Shown: positions 38,101 through 49,200 of the stretch, in pieces
Layout: every line of letters starts with the position of its first letter
How positions within the stretch are numbered: the stretch's first letter is position 1
DNA from: Verrucomicrobiia bacterium
GTDB lineage: Bacteria; Verrucomicrobiota; Verrucomicrobiia; Limisphaerales; UBA1319
Reading direction: 5' to 3'
Length of the DNA stretch: 64,000 nucleotides
Assembly (NCBI GenBank): GCA_963664225.1
Contig: OY760937.1
Span: forward strand, 2,048,001-2,112,000
The notes under the pieces: model-generated
Seen by the model: the letters and a program-made list of their open reading frames with translations, nothing else
The model's database searches: none
What the model was told of the DNA's origin: nothing
Position numbers and translations under genes: made by a program

Positions 38101-38506
38101 TGAGCATCACGCCGTTGGTCTGGATGTCGGCGGCTGGCGGAGCAGCGGATGCCAGTTCCCAAAAGCGGGCGTCCACACCGAGCACGTTGACATGATTGGC
38201 GCGCGCGCTGCCATCAGCCCGGGTGGCGACGCCGTTAAACAACAGCGCGGGGGCATTGGACGCGCCCAGACCGTCCCGCAGGTCATCGGCCAGATTCTGG
38301 CGAAAGTAACGATCCTGAGAGGCCAGGGCGTAATGCGTTGCGCCCAGTCGCGCCAGCGCCAGGGCGCGCAGACTCTCGCGCACGGAGTCTCCCATGATGA
38401 GCGCGCCGCAGAGAATGGCGGCGGCCACGCTGCTGCCAGCCAGAACGCCGGCATGCGAACGCGCGTAGTAACGCAATCCGCGAACGATTAAATGCCAGGG
38501 AGTCAT
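35195..38506 (-). CDS. Large FtsX/MacB-like ABC transporter permease (duplicated)
   Basis: Two TM clusters with QRGAELGTLLALGF and ERRGELALLVAVGY, plus two large periplasmic domains. Confidence 0.9.
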   Translation of the reverse strand: MTPWHLIVRGLRYYARSHAGVLAGSSVAAAILCGALIMGDSVRESLRALALARLGATHYALASQDRYFRQNLADDLRDGLGASNAPALLFNGVATRADGSARANHVNVLGVDARFWELASAAPPAADIQTNGVMLNDRLAAQLNIHVGDTVLVRVPKPSLLPRDAPISPQEDAAMALRMTVRGILNPSQLGNFSLQASQVAPLNAFIPLQRLQTRLALTNRANLLLTREPSRLSNDVAAVNAELGKRWTLADAQLEVRAIPTNGQVELRSPRVFLDEAVARAGLADADKSGAKGVLTYFVNDLQCGTNRTPYSMVCAYDAPFLPSDLQQDEIILNSWLAEDLAAHVGDKVGMTYFVVGASRTLVENQALFRVRAITPLEGPAADRTLMPDFPGLAQADNCRDWDAGFPIDLNRIRPKDQKYWEDHRGTPKAFISLAAGQTLWTNRFGSLTAIRYSAPPANVASVESRLRDRLDPAAVGLAFQPVRAQALQASAQGQDFGQLFLGFSFFLIFAALLLMAMLFQFGMEQRGAELGTLLALGFTPSLVRALLLCEGICVALAGGLIGVMCGSLYARALLHGLATLWQDAVNSQSLAYHASLATLMIGFVVSVLTAVVVMMLSLRKQVRRPAQELMAAGGTLEITLSHRPRIMASLPLLGIAAAGGLGAMFYGLSQHSPAPGAFFTAGALLLLAGFSACARWLWRGAQQRNTASLTLTGLALRSLARRPKRSLGAVMLLACGSFLIIAVAANRLDARQQSNLPRSGTGGFAFMAESALPIFQNLDRPEGRAFLALDAAALEGVHTIPMRVRDGDDASCLNLNRAQAPRLLGVRADALTNRFVFAEVAKGLSAPDPWLLLREPLADGAVPAIADQASILWAMGKSVGDTLEIPGPRGQTLRLRFVAALSGSILQGSVLISEEAFIRNFPDDSGYRAFLIDAPQNPKSVATELTRGLRDYGMELVSTVNRLEALNAVQNTYLSTFQVLGGLGLLLGSVGMGVVLLRNVFERRGELALLVAVGYSPATIRRMLLTEHVVLLTAGLLLGVVAALAAVLPALLTSGSEMPWHSLAWTLAAVFANGLLWTGVATHFALRQNVLEALRSNDEAM

Positions 38507-38525
38507 GGTTGCGACACGGATACGA

Positions 38526-39245
38526 TCATGGCGTGATTCCACCGTCCCGCAGTTCAATCACGCGACCCAGCATCGCGGCCAGTTCCAGCGCGTGAGTTAC
38601 GACCACAAGTGTGACGCGCTCCTCGCGGTTGAGGGCGATCAGCAGTTCCATTAAAAGCAGGGCATTGGCATGGTCGAGCGCGCCGGTGGGTTCGTCGGCC
38701 AGGACGAGCTTGGGCTGATTGATGAGGGCTCGCGCCACCGCCACGCGCTGGCGTTCCCCGCCGGACAACTGGCTGGGGAGGTGGTCGAGGCGGTGTTCCA
38801 GTCCCACGCGCTGCAGCAGCCGCCGGGCCCTGGCATCCGCGCCGTCGAGCAAGGCGGGGTCTTTGCAGGCGATCGTGGGCACGAGAACGTTTTCCAGAAC
38901 CGTGCATTGAGGCAGCAGGTAGTGCGCTTGGAAGACAAAGCCGATCATTCGGTTGCGCAAGCCGGCCAGGGCCGTGGCATCGCAATCCGTGATCGACACG
39001 CCACCAAGGAGCACTTCGCCGCTGGTGGGGCGATCGAGGGTGCCCAGGATCTGGAGCAGTGTGCTTTTGCCCGAGCCGGAGGGCCCGGTGACGGCCAGCG
39101 ACTCCCCTGCCCTGATTTCCAGATTGATGTCGCGCAGCACTTCGACCGGTCCGGCGCCGGCATTGAAGCGGCGGGTCACGTGGCGCGCATCGACCATGGG
39201 TCGGGGCGGTGTCGATGCGGCTTGGATCGATGATGTTGTGGTCAT
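38526..39245 (-). CDS. ABC transporter ATP-binding protein (LolD-like)
   Basis: GPSGSGKST, LSGGERQRVA, LADEPTGALD, VVTH. Confidence 0.95.
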   Translation of the reverse strand: MTTTSSIQAASTPPRPMVDARHVTRRFNAGAGPVEVLRDINLEIRAGESLAVTGPSGSGKSTLLQILGTLDRPTSGEVLLGGVSITDCDATALAGLRNRMIGFVFQAHYLLPQCTVLENVLVPTIACKDPALLDGADARARRLLQRVGLEHRLDHLPSQLSGGERQRVAVARALINQPKLVLADEPTGALDHANALLLMELLIALNREERVTLVVVTHALELAAMLGRVIELRDGGITP

Positions 39246-39521
39246 GCCGTGAACGATTTTCAATCATTAGAGCGCGGCGGCGCTCCAATGGGCAAGGACA
39301 AATTGGGATGCGGCAAAGACTTCGATCAGACTGGCAAGGATGGGATACCATTAAACTGGGAAACCAGCCCGTTGACTCGCAGTCGCAACTTCCCAAGGTT
39401 TCAGGGATGTGCTAGGGTGACGTATATCAGCCCGGTTTGGAAACTCGCGCACGCCCGGTATTACGCCGTGTCCGGTGTGGTTTTCAAATGTGGTGGTCTT
39501 GAACCTGGACCTAAACACGAC

Positions 39522-40679
39522 ATGCAAAAGACGCAATCATCCGCGGTCGAGACCTCACCGCTGGCAGGTTTGGTGGATCGTCACACCGCGCCCGGCCTTC
39601 TATTCCGCACGGAAGAGGGCAAGGTGCGGTGCCTGGCCTGCGCGCATCGGTGCCTCCTGGCGCCAGGGCGACGGGGGATTTGCAAGGTGCGCTTCAACGA
39701 CAACGGCGCATTGCGCGTGCCTCACGGTTATGTGGCGGCGTTGCAATGCGATCCCGTGGAGAAGAAACCGTTCTTTCATGTCCTGCCCGGAAGCGGCGCA
39801 TTGACCTTTGGAATGCTCGGTTGCGATTTTCACTGTTCCTATTGCCAGAACTGGGTCACGAGTCAGGCCTTGCGCGATCCGGCTGCGGGAACGGCCATTC
39901 GCCCCATATCCGCCTCGCAATTGGTGACGATGGGCCGCGTCCAGGGAGCGCGACTGATGGTTTCCAGCTATAACGAACCATTGATCACCGCCGAATGGGC
40001 CGTATCCGTTTTCAAAGCGGCCCGGCCCCAGGGCTTCCTGTGCGCCTTTGTTTCCAACGGCAACGCCACCCCTGAAGCGCTGGAATTTATTCGTCCCTGG
40101 ACACAGGCCTACAAAATCGATCTCAAGAGCTTTAACGAAAATAATTACCGCGCCTTGGGCGGTTCCCTTCGTGCGGTGACTCAGTCGATCCAACTGGCGC
40201 ATCAAATGGGCTTTTGGGTGGAGGTGGTGACGCTTCTGATTCCCGGTTTCAACGATTCCGAGAATGAGTTGCGCGCATTGACCGAGTTTCTTGCAAGCGT
40301 GAGCCCCAACATTCCCTGGCATGTCACCGCCTTTCATTCCGATTATCACATGGCCACCACGCGCGGGACGAAAGTGGATGAATTGATCCGTGCGGCGATG
40401 ATTGGGCAATCGGCCGGGTTGCGCTTCGTCTATGCCGGCAATCTCCCGGGACGCGTGGGCGCATGGGAAAACACCTTCTGTCCCCACTGCCATGCCTTGG
40501 TGGTGGAACGCACCGGATTTGTGGTTCACAAAAACCATATCACCGCTGAAGGCAAATGCCCTGAATGCCAGGCCGCCATTCCCGGTATCTGGACCCCGGA
40601 AGTGGCGGCTCCAAACCGCACGCAATCCGAAACACCCCTGGCAACCACGCAAAGCCCCCTTCCCCTCCCCACGCCATGA
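39522..40679 (+). CDS. amrS: AmmeMemoRadiSam system radical SAM enzyme
   Basis: CLACAHRC, DPVEKKPFFH, CDFHCSYCQNW, YNEP, C-terminal CPHC/CPEC; upstream of a MEMO1 homologue. Confidence 0.92.
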   Translation: MQKTQSSAVETSPLAGLVDRHTAPGLLFRTEEGKVRCLACAHRCLLAPGRRGICKVRFNDNGALRVPHGYVAALQCDPVEKKPFFHVLPGSGALTFGMLGCDFHCSYCQNWVTSQALRDPAAGTAIRPISASQLVTMGRVQGARLMVSSYNEPLITAEWAVSVFKAARPQGFLCAFVSNGNATPEALEFIRPWTQAYKIDLKSFNENNYRALGGSLRAVTQSIQLAHQMGFWVEVVTLLIPGFNDSENELRALTEFLASVSPNIPWHVTAFHSDYHMATTRGTKVDELIRAAMIGQSAGLRFVYAGNLPGRVGAWENTFCPHCHALVVERTGFVVHKNHITAEGKCPECQAAIPGIWTPEVAAPNRTQSETPLATTQSPLPLPTP

Positions 40680-41485
40680 ACACACCTTCCGGTCAGGTTC
40701 GCCTTCCTGCTGTCGCAGGCCGGTTTTACCCGGATGGCGCCATCCCTTTGCGCGCCTCGGTGGAACGGTATTTGGGCGAAGCCCGGCGAACTGCCATTGA
40801 TCCCAAGGCGGTCATCGCGCCTCATGCGGGTTACGTTTACTCGGGTCCGGTTGCAGGATCGGCCTTTGCCCCATGGATGGAAATGCCCGGGGCGGATCAG
40901 GTGCGGCGCATTGTGCTGATGGGCCCCTCCCATCAGTTGGACTTCGATGGAGTGGCGTTGAGTGAGTCCGCAGCCTATCAAACACCACTTGGCCAGGTGC
41001 CCGTGGACGCGGAGGCTTACGCGCAACTGGCAGCGCTTCCCGGCGTGAAGTATCTGGAGGAGGCCCATATCCGGGAACACAGCCTGGAGGTGGAGCTTCC
41101 TTTCTTGCAATGCATATTCCGAAATTTCTCCCTGGTGCCACTGGTCGTGGGGCGCGCCTCCGATAACCAGGTCGCCGACGTGCTGGAAAAGCTCTGGGGC
41201 GGCCCGGAAACGCGTTTCGTCATCAGCTCGGACCTGAGCCACTACCTGGATTATGATGCGGCCAATGCTCTCGACCACGTCACCTCCGCATCCATTGAAA
41301 AATTGGAGCCACGGGAAATCAGGGAACATCAGGCTTGCGGCCGGATTCCGATTCGCGGCCTGCTGGTGGCGGCCCAAAGACTCGGCCTCAAAGCCCATCA
41401 AGTGGACCTGAGGAATTCCGGGGACACCGCCGGTTCCAAAGACCGCGTGGTCGGCTACGGCGCGTTCGTGTTTGGGGACCAATAA
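40676..41485 (+). CDS. amrB: AmmeMemoRadiSam system protein B (MEMO1 family)
   Basis: PAVAGRFYP, PHAGYVYSG, EHSLEVELPFLQ, SSDLSHY, NSGD, VVGYGA. Confidence 0.93.
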   Translation: MNTPSGQVRLPAVAGRFYPDGAIPLRASVERYLGEARRTAIDPKAVIAPHAGYVYSGPVAGSAFAPWMEMPGADQVRRIVLMGPSHQLDFDGVALSESAAYQTPLGQVPVDAEAYAQLAALPGVKYLEEAHIREHSLEVELPFLQCIFRNFSLVPLVVGRASDNQVADVLEKLWGGPETRFVISSDLSHYLDYDAANALDHVTSASIEKLEPREIREHQACGRIPIRGLLVAAQRLGLKAHQVDLRNSGDTAGSKDRVVGYGAFVFGDQ

Positions 41486-41738
41486 GAACTGTGCTGGTGC
41501 GCATCTAAGAAAGGGGCCGGACCATGGGGAATGGGGAATGAGTATGCGATTCGAGGCCCACGCGAGGAAGCGATCCTGACTCTAAATCCAGTTTTCAACC
41601 ATGATAAGAACCGCCATTTCGGCTGCCATTGGCTGCGTTCTATTAATCCTATACGAGCCAATTCATGGTCTCACTATCATCAATGGTTAAATATCAATCC
41701 GTTGAAAAGTTCACCTCACAGTTTTCGTGATTGAAGGA

Positions 41739-42653
41739 CTATTCAGGTGATAAACTGCGCACCTTGATGTTCCGAAACCAGGTTTCAGGCGTCCAGTTCT
41801 GGAAGGCGATAAAACCCATGCTGGCTTTCCCAAACTGAGCGGCGTAAGGGCTGAACTGCGGACTCGCTGCAACCAAGGCATTGAAGGCCGGGCTGTTGAG
41901 TTCATACTGGGCAATTCTTCGGCCGTTGAGCCAATGTTCGACATGATTGCCCTGCACCAGCAACCGACACTGGTTCCACTGGCCTGTGGCAACTGTGAGC
42001 CTGTTGGTGGGGGCTATCAATCCATACGCAGCCCCGGTGACCTGAATGGCGGGCACCGAATAGGAAGCGTCAGCCAGGAGCTGAAACTCCGGCGCTGACT
42101 TGTAAGGCTGATCGTAGTACTCGGTGACCCGGTAGAGGACTCCGCTGTTGCCTCCCGGGGCCGTCTTCCAGTCCCATTTCAATTCGAAATCGCCATACTG
42201 GTGCATGGTGACGATATGGCCCGGGACGCTCCCGGTCACGGTCTTCAATTCTCCACCGGCGGTAATAACCCAATCGTTGCTGGGAAAGGCTGGCTGATTG
42301 TAACCCCGAAAAGAAGCCGTTGAGGTGCCATCGAATAACACTTCCCACGCTTTCAAGCGGTAGAATCGCTGAGGCCCAGCCATCTCTACTGTGACGGAAT
42401 AGTTGGTGCCAGCCACCGAGGCCGAATTTGTTGCATTGTCCCATGCCGTTAAGCCGTCCAGGTTCGTGGAGACCTGGAGGTAATACTCATGGGCTGAGTC
42501 TTGAGACCAGCTCAAAACAAGGAGGTTGTTCGCATTAGTCGCCCGAAGTTCAGTGGCAGACAATCGGCTCGCCGAAGCCAGCAATAGCGCCACTGAGCAA
42601 AGGAGAAGCCTGGTGATTACCGCTGGTTTAATGATCGTGCGTAATGGCTTCAT
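41739..42653 (-). CDS. Secreted DUF1080 (3-keto-disaccharide hydrolase-like) protein with N-terminal FYR module
   Basis: Signal peptide; LFDG, YGDFELKWDW, NSGV, EFQL, GQWN, VEHWLNG, FRNIKV. Confidence 0.85.
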   Translation of the reverse strand: MKPLRTIIKPAVITRLLLCSVALLLASASRLSATELRATNANNLLVLSWSQDSAHEYYLQVSTNLDGLTAWDNATNSASVAGTNYSVTVEMAGPQRFYRLKAWEVLFDGTSTASFRGYNQPAFPSNDWVITAGGELKTVTGSVPGHIVTMHQYGDFELKWDWKTAPGGNSGVLYRVTEYYDQPYKSAPEFQLLADASYSVPAIQVTGAAYGLIAPTNRLTVATGQWNQCRLLVQGNHVEHWLNGRRIAQYELNSPAFNALVAASPQFSPYAAQFGKASMGFIAFQNWTPETWFRNIKVRSLSPE

Positions 42654-42698
42654 GGAATCGCCCTTGAGCAGCAGCGGCCTTGCCTCTGCGGACGGCTG

Positions 42699-43184
42699 TT
42701 ACTGCGGCTTGGGCTCAGGCTGGAAATCGCGCAGGTCCAGACGGCCCTCGTTGGCGACGTTGAGAGTCCTGGCGTGATCGTTCATGCGCACATACAAAGT
42801 GCTCTTGATCTTGTAGTCCATGGATTTGGACTCGATGATCGGTTTGATGCGCGCCGCCATGGATAAATTGCGCAGATAGACTTCGACCGGCTGGGTGACG
42901 GAGCTGAGACGCGGCACGACCACGGAGGTGTTGGCCAGGCCTTTGCCGATGTAATGGCCGTTGATATAGATCTTATGTTCGCCGCCCTCCATCAGAAACG
43001 GCTCGGGACTGGCATTCTGGAGGCGGACGGTGAATCGCGCGGTAGTTTCGAGAACAGTGGCGTTTTCGAACTGCACATTCACCAGGCTCACATCCACACT
43101 TTTGGCGGTTCTTTGAGAGGCGCACGCACCGAGCAGCACGCTCAGGCAAAGGGCAATAAATAAGTTCGCTTTCATGGATTGCAT
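42699..43184 (-). CDS. LEA_2/WHy domain lipoprotein
   Basis: LLGAC lipobox; VSLVNVQ...RLQN...INGHYIGKG pattern. Confidence 0.78.
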   Translation of the reverse strand: MQSMKANLFIALCLSVLLGACASQRTAKSVDVSLVNVQFENATVLETTARFTVRLQNASPEPFLMEGGEHKIYINGHYIGKGLANTSVVVPRLSSVTQPVEVYLRNLSMAARIKPIIESKSMDYKIKSTLYVRMNDHARTLNVANEGRLDLRDFQPEPKPQ

Positions 43185-43250
43185 TTCGTTGCGCGCGCAG
43201 CTTGACGATTGACACGCATTCGGTCAAGTCCGGCGGCGCGAGTCACCCTT

Positions 43251-44810
43251 TTAAACGGTCATTTTTTGAGCCACCGGTTTTCCCGCCTGTTCGTCGTCGC
43301 CAAATGCCTTGCGCACCAGCGCCTTGGGAAGCGGCTGGGTCATCAGGCTCACCACGGGAACCACGATCAACGGCACAATCATGGCCACGGCGCCCGATAC
43401 AGGGATGTTTGCCTTGCCCCACAGTAAGAACAGGCTCAATGAAACGACCACCCCGGAAATCATTCCGGCAAAGGCCCCCGCCATGGTGGTGCGCCTCCAG
43501 AACAGGCCGTAGAGATAGGGAGCCAGGAAGGCGCCGGCCAGCGAGGCCCAGGCAATGACCATCAAATTGACAATGACATCGAATTTACTGCGCGCAATTA
43601 GCAGGGACAAAAGCACAAACACGCCGCACAGGACCCGCATCATGAGCATGGTCTGTTTTTGGGAGGCCTTCTCACCCTTGAGCGCCCGGAAGATGTCGAT
43701 GGCGATCGCGGAACTGGAGACCAGCACCAGGGAGGACAGGCTGGACATCGACGCTGAGAACACCAGCAACAGGATCACCATGACCAGCCAGCCCGGCACA
43801 AACGTGGTGATGAAATGCGGCATCAACAGGTCCAGGTTGGGCTTGTGGGTGACGGCGTCCATGATGGGCGCAAAATCCACCTTGGGATTCGTGTAAAACA
43901 GATGGGTCAGGGCGCCGCTGTAATAAGCGCCAAAGGACATGAACCCGGCAAATACCGTGGCGATGATCATGGCGCGCGTCACATCCTTGCGACTGCGTAT
44001 GGAGTAAAATTTTTGGACCATTTGCGGCAGCGCCCAGGGTCCGAAACTTGTGATGAGCACCAGGGACGCCAGAATGAGCCAGCCCGGAAAGTGAGGTCCG
44101 GGCGGCAGCACCGCACCCACTGCGGGCGGCATCAGGCCCGGCATGTTTTTGGGATCGAGCAGTTGCGTCCAAGTGGAAACAAATCCGCCCTTCATGTTGA
44201 TCAAAAGCGCCGCCATTATGAGAACCCCAGCGAACTCGACGATGCCGCGGAGAAAATCGCTCACCGCCACCGCAAAATAACCGCCCATGATCAGATAGAC
44301 CCCGGTCAGAACCGCCAGGAAAATGAGGGCCTCATCATATTGCAGGCCGATGGCTTTTTGAAACAGATAGCTCAGTCCCATGTACACCGACGCCGAGTAG
44401 GGCACCAGAAAGACAAAGACAATGAGCGCGGCAACGATCTGCATCGGCAGGCTGTCGTAACGAGTCCGCAGGAATTCGGGCATCGTCATGGCGTTGAGCC
44501 GCACGGTCATGTCCCGTGTGCGTCCCGCCAGTATTTTCCAGGCCAGCAAAGTGCCGATGAGGGTGTTGCCCGCCACAATCCACATCGTGTGAATGCCAAA
44601 GCCCCACCCGAGCTTGCCCGCATAACCGATGAAAAGCACCGCGGAAAAATAGGTGGTGCCGTAGGCAAAGGCGCTCATCCACGGCCCCAGCGAGCGTCCG
44701 CCCAAAAAGAAATCCCCCACCGAGCGTGTCCGGCGCATGCACCAGTAGCCAATGCCCAGCATGATCAGGACATAAATAACGACGATGGCCACGTATATTT
44801 GCGAATTCAT
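43251..44810 (-). CDS. Sodium:solute symporter
   Basis: DFFLGGRSLGPW, many TM helices, LPQMVQKFY, SASMSS. Confidence 0.92.
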   Translation of the reverse strand: MNSQIYVAIVVIYVLIMLGIGYWCMRRTRSVGDFFLGGRSLGPWMSAFAYGTTYFSAVLFIGYAGKLGWGFGIHTMWIVAGNTLIGTLLAWKILAGRTRDMTVRLNAMTMPEFLRTRYDSLPMQIVAALIVFVFLVPYSASVYMGLSYLFQKAIGLQYDEALIFLAVLTGVYLIMGGYFAVAVSDFLRGIVEFAGVLIMAALLINMKGGFVSTWTQLLDPKNMPGLMPPAVGAVLPPGPHFPGWLILASLVLITSFGPWALPQMVQKFYSIRSRKDVTRAMIIATVFAGFMSFGAYYSGALTHLFYTNPKVDFAPIMDAVTHKPNLDLLMPHFITTFVPGWLVMVILLLVFSASMSSLSSLVLVSSSAIAIDIFRALKGEKASQKQTMLMMRVLCGVFVLLSLLIARSKFDVIVNLMVIAWASLAGAFLAPYLYGLFWRRTTMAGAFAGMISGVVVSLSLFLLWGKANIPVSGAVAMIVPLIVVPVVSLMTQPLPKALVRKAFGDDEQAGKPVAQKMTV

Positions 44811-45097
44811 TTTAAAAGTCGGTTCGCGCGATTTGAGACGGCGGCCGATGGCGTAATAAAGGCGGAATCAAATGTCTGAGGCAAGCAGAACTTTCGCGAA
44901 ATCCTGTAACGAGCCAGCCGCCAGCCGCGTCCAGTTATGGTGAACACCTCATTTAGGTGTTGCCGTACTATTGCCCGATGGCGATGTATTAGGGCTTTCC
45001 GGGGTTCTGCGGATCCCCGGGAATGCGATCATTAATTTTGAGGGACATGAAACGATATTTTGGAATTTCCCTGATTAAAGGGGGCGGATGGTCTGTC

Positions 45098-46297
45098 ATG
45101 AGCCGGACAGCAGGCCACAAGGCGGAGTTAGCGGCGCTGGCGTTGCAGCCGGTGCAGCCATTACTTCTGGCGTTGAGTTTGGCGGTCGCGCTTCTGGCGG
45201 GTTGTTCGAAAGAGGCCGCACCGCCCAAACAAGCCAAAGGCCCGGGGGCGGCTCCGGTGCCGGTGCTCGCCGGGCCGGTGGTGGAAAAGAGCGCGCCGGT
45301 GCAAATCATGGCCGTCGGAAACGCGCAACCCTACACGCAGGTGGCGATCCGCGCCCAAATTACCGGCCAACTTTCCAAGGTCCATTTTCAGGAGGGCCAG
45401 ACTGTCAAACGCGGGGATCTCTTGTTTTCGATCGATCCGCGTCCGGCGCAGGCCGCCCTTGATCAGGTGCAGGCCAATCTGGTGCGCGACCAGGCGCAGC
45501 TTGAAAATGCCCAGGTCGATTTCGACCGCCAAAAGAAGCTCTTCGATTCAAAAATCAGCTCCCGCGAGGATTACGACAAGGCGCAGGCGGCTTTGGATGC
45601 GCTGCGTGGCACCGTTCTGGCGGACCAGGCGGCAATCACCAATGCCGCGCTGAATCTCGAGTTCACCTCGATCCGGGCACCCATGGAGGGGCGGACGGGC
45701 AATGTCATGGTGCATGAAGGCAACATTGTGAAGGCGGAGACGGATATACTCGTGGAGATCCACCAGGTGCAGCCTATTTTTGTATCGTTCTTCGTCCCGG
45801 AGCAGTATTTGTCCGGGATCAAGCTGCGGATGCGCGAGGGACCGCTCAAGGCGCAGGCAAGTTATCCCGGCTTGGAAGGCCCCGGGCCGGAGGGTTCGGT
45901 CTCGTTCTTAAACAACATGGTGGATGCGACCACCGGGATGATCCAGCTCAAGGCGGTGTTTACGAATGCCGACAACGTTTTGTGGCCCGGGCAATTCGTG
46001 CAGGTAACATTGACCCTGCAGGAGCAGCTCAATGCCGTGGTGGCGCCCGCCCAGGCGGTTCAAATTGGACAGGCTGGCGAGTATGTGTTTGTGATCAAGG
46101 GGGATCAAACGGTGGAATTGCGCTCGATCAAAACCGGAGCAACGAAGAACGGAGAATCGGTGATTCAGAGCGGACTCAAACCCGGTGAAACGGTTGTCAC
46201 GGATGGCCAGTTGCGGCTGGTGTCCGGCTCGCGGGTGGAGGTCAAATCGGCAGATGCCCTCAAAACACAAGCCACGGCTTCAACTCCTGCGTTATGA
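45098..46297 (+). CDS. RND efflux periplasmic adaptor (MdtA-like); start uncertain
   Basis: LLAGC lipobox, GQTVKRGDLLF, IRAPMEG, LWPGQFV. Confidence 0.92.
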   Translation: MSRTAGHKAELAALALQPVQPLLLALSLAVALLAGCSKEAAPPKQAKGPGAAPVPVLAGPVVEKSAPVQIMAVGNAQPYTQVAIRAQITGQLSKVHFQEGQTVKRGDLLFSIDPRPAQAALDQVQANLVRDQAQLENAQVDFDRQKKLFDSKISSREDYDKAQAALDALRGTVLADQAAITNAALNLEFTSIRAPMEGRTGNVMVHEGNIVKAETDILVEIHQVQPIFVSFFVPEQYLSGIKLRMREGPLKAQASYPGLEGPGPEGSVSFLNNMVDATTGMIQLKAVFTNADNVLWPGQFVQVTLTLQEQLNAVVAPAQAVQIGQAGEYVFVIKGDQTVELRSIKTGATKNGESVIQSGLKPGETVVTDGQLRLVSGSRVEVKSADALKTQATASTPAL

Positions 46298-49200
46298 ATC
46301 TGCCCGAGCTTTGCATTCGCAGACCCGTCATGACCACGTTGGTCATGGCCGCCATTCTTCTGTTTGGCACCATCGCCTATCGCACCCTGCCGGTGAGCAA
46401 CCTGCCCAGCGTGGATTATCCGACCATCCAGGTGGGGGCCAGCCTCCCGGGCGCCAGCCCGGACACCATGGCGTCTTCGGTGGCCACGCCTTTGGAAAAA
46501 CAATTTTCAACGATTGCCGGCGTGGATTCCATGAGTTCGGTCAGTTCCCAGGGGGGAACGCAGATCACCATTCAATTCTCCCTGGACCGTGATATTGACG
46601 CAGCGGCGCAGGATGTGCAGGCCGCCATTGCCAAGGCCACGCGCCAGTTGCCTCCGGACATGCCCGCCCCGCCCAGCTACAGCAAGGTGAATCCTGCCGA
46701 CCAGCCCATTCTCTTTCTTTCCATCCTGTCCCCCACACTGCCGCTCTCGGCCGTGGACGAATATGCGGAAACGATGATGGCCCAGCGCATCTCGATGGTG
46801 GCGGGAGTGGCCCAGGTATCCGTTTATGGCGCGCAGCAATACGCGGTGCGCATTCAGTTGGATCCAAACAAACTGGCCGCCCGCGGGCTGGGCATCGATG
46901 AAGTGCGCCAGGCGGTGTCCGACAACAACGTGAACATGCCGACCGGAACGCTCAACGGCACCCATCAGGCACTCGTGGTCCAGGCGGACGGCCAACTGAT
47001 GAAGTCCGCCGATTATCAGTCGCTGATCGTGGCCTACCGCAATGGCGCGCCGGTGCGGTTGCAGGATTTGGGTCAGATCAAGGACAGTGTTGCGAACGAC
47101 AAGGTGGCCGGTTGGATCAATGAATCCCGCGCGATCACGCTGGCCATTCAGCGCCAGCCGGGGGTCAACACCGTGGAGGTGGTCGATAACATCCGCAAAC
47201 TGCTTCCCGATTTCCAGGCCCAGTTGCCTGCCGCGGTGCAACTGGGAGTGCTTTACGACCGATCGATCTCGATCCGCGATTCGGTTGCCGACGTGAAGTT
47301 CACCCTTAAATTAACCATCGGGCTGGTCATCCTGGTGATTTTCCTCTTCTTGCGGAACCTCTCCGCCACCGTCATTCCGAGTCTTGCGGTGCCCATGTCG
47401 CTGGTCGGCACCTTTGCCGTGATGCATCTGTTCGGTTACAGCATCGACAATCTTTCGCTCATGGCGCTGACGTTGTGTGTGGGCTTCGTGGTCGATGACG
47501 CCATCGTGATGCTCGAGAATATCGTCCGGCACATCGAGGCCGGGATGCCTCCTTTCGAGGCGGCCATGCAAGGCTCCCGCGAGATCGGTTTCACGATCAT
47601 TTCAATGACGCTGTCCCTGGCGGCGGTGTTCATTCCGGTGCTGTTCATGGAAGGCATTGTGGGACGTCTGCTGCATGAGTTTGCCGTCACGATCGCCTCC
47701 GCAGTGCTGGTCTCGGGTTTCGTCTCATTGACCCTCACGCCGATGCTGTGCAGCCGGTTTGTCAAAAGCCATCACGGCCAGGTGAAACGCGGGCGGGCTT
47801 ATGAGTGGTCGGAATCGTTCTTCGACGGAATGAGGCACCTCTACGAGCGCAGCCTTGCCCTGGCTTTGCATCATCACCGCATCATGCTCGTGTTGTCGCT
47901 GGTCTTGCTGGCGGCGACGGCCGTCCTCTTTGTGAAGATCCCCAAGGGTTTCTTTCCCAGCGAGGACACCGGCCAGATCTCCGGCTCCACTGAATGTGTG
48001 CAGGGCATCTCCTTTAATTCCATGCGCGAACACCAGGTGGCGGTCAACCGCATACTCGCCGCGGACACGAACATCGCCAATTTCAGCTCCTCAATCAGCG
48101 GCGGCAATGCGGGCCGCGTCATGATTCGCCTCAAGCCGCGCGCCGAGCGTCAGTTCAGCGCCGACGAGATTATTCAGCAGCTCCGGCCCAAACTGGCGCG
48201 CATTCCAGGCTTGAGGATGTACCTTCAAAACCCGCCCGCCATCCGCATGGGTGGCATGTCCAGCAAGGGTCTTTATCAGTACACCCTGCAAAGCACCGAT
48301 ACCGGCGAACTCTACCGCTGGGCGCCGATCATCGAGGCCGGGATGGGGCAACTGGCCGGATTCCAGGACGTCAACAGCGACCTGCTGATCAACAATCCCC
48401 AGGTCAACGTCGGGATCGACCGCGACAAGGCCCGTGCCCTGGGAGTCACCGCCAGCCAGATTGAGAGCGCTCTTTATGACGCCTATGGCTCCCGTCAGAT
48501 TTCGACGATTTTCACCGCGGCCAATGAATACTCCGTCATCATGGAGCTGCAGCCCGAGTTTCAACAGAACATGGAGGCTCTTTCCCAATTGTATATACGA
48601 TCCTCCACCGGGCAGTTGGTGCAATTAAGCACGGTGGCCAATATCACCCGCGGCGTCGGGCCAATGAACGTCTCGCACCTGGGACAGCTTCCTGCGGTCA
48701 CGGTTTCCTTCAACCTGGCTCCCGGTGTCTCCCTGGGCACGGCTGTGGATCAAGTCGAGCAGATGATGCTGGACCTGCACGTGCCGCAGACGATGCACGG
48801 CAGCTTTCAAGGCAGCGCGCAGGTTTTCCAATCCTCGCTCAAAGGTCTGGGGGTGCTCCTGATCATGTCCATTCTGGTCATTTACATCATCCTGGGCATT
48901 CTCTATGAGAGTTTTGTTCATCCCATAACCATTCTTTCGGGCCTGCCCTCGGCTGGCTTCGGAGCGTTGCTCACGCTGATGTTGTTTGGCATCGATCTGA
49001 ACATCTACGCGTTTGTCGGTTTGATCATGCTTGTGGGCATTGTGAAAAAGAACGCGATCATGATGATCGATTTTGCGATCGACGCCCGCCATCAGGGCAG
49101 CACTCCTTACGATGCCATTTTCCAGGGCTGCCTGCTGCGCTTCCGGCCCATCATGATGACCACCATGGCCGCCTTGATGGCCACGCTGCCCATCGCCATG

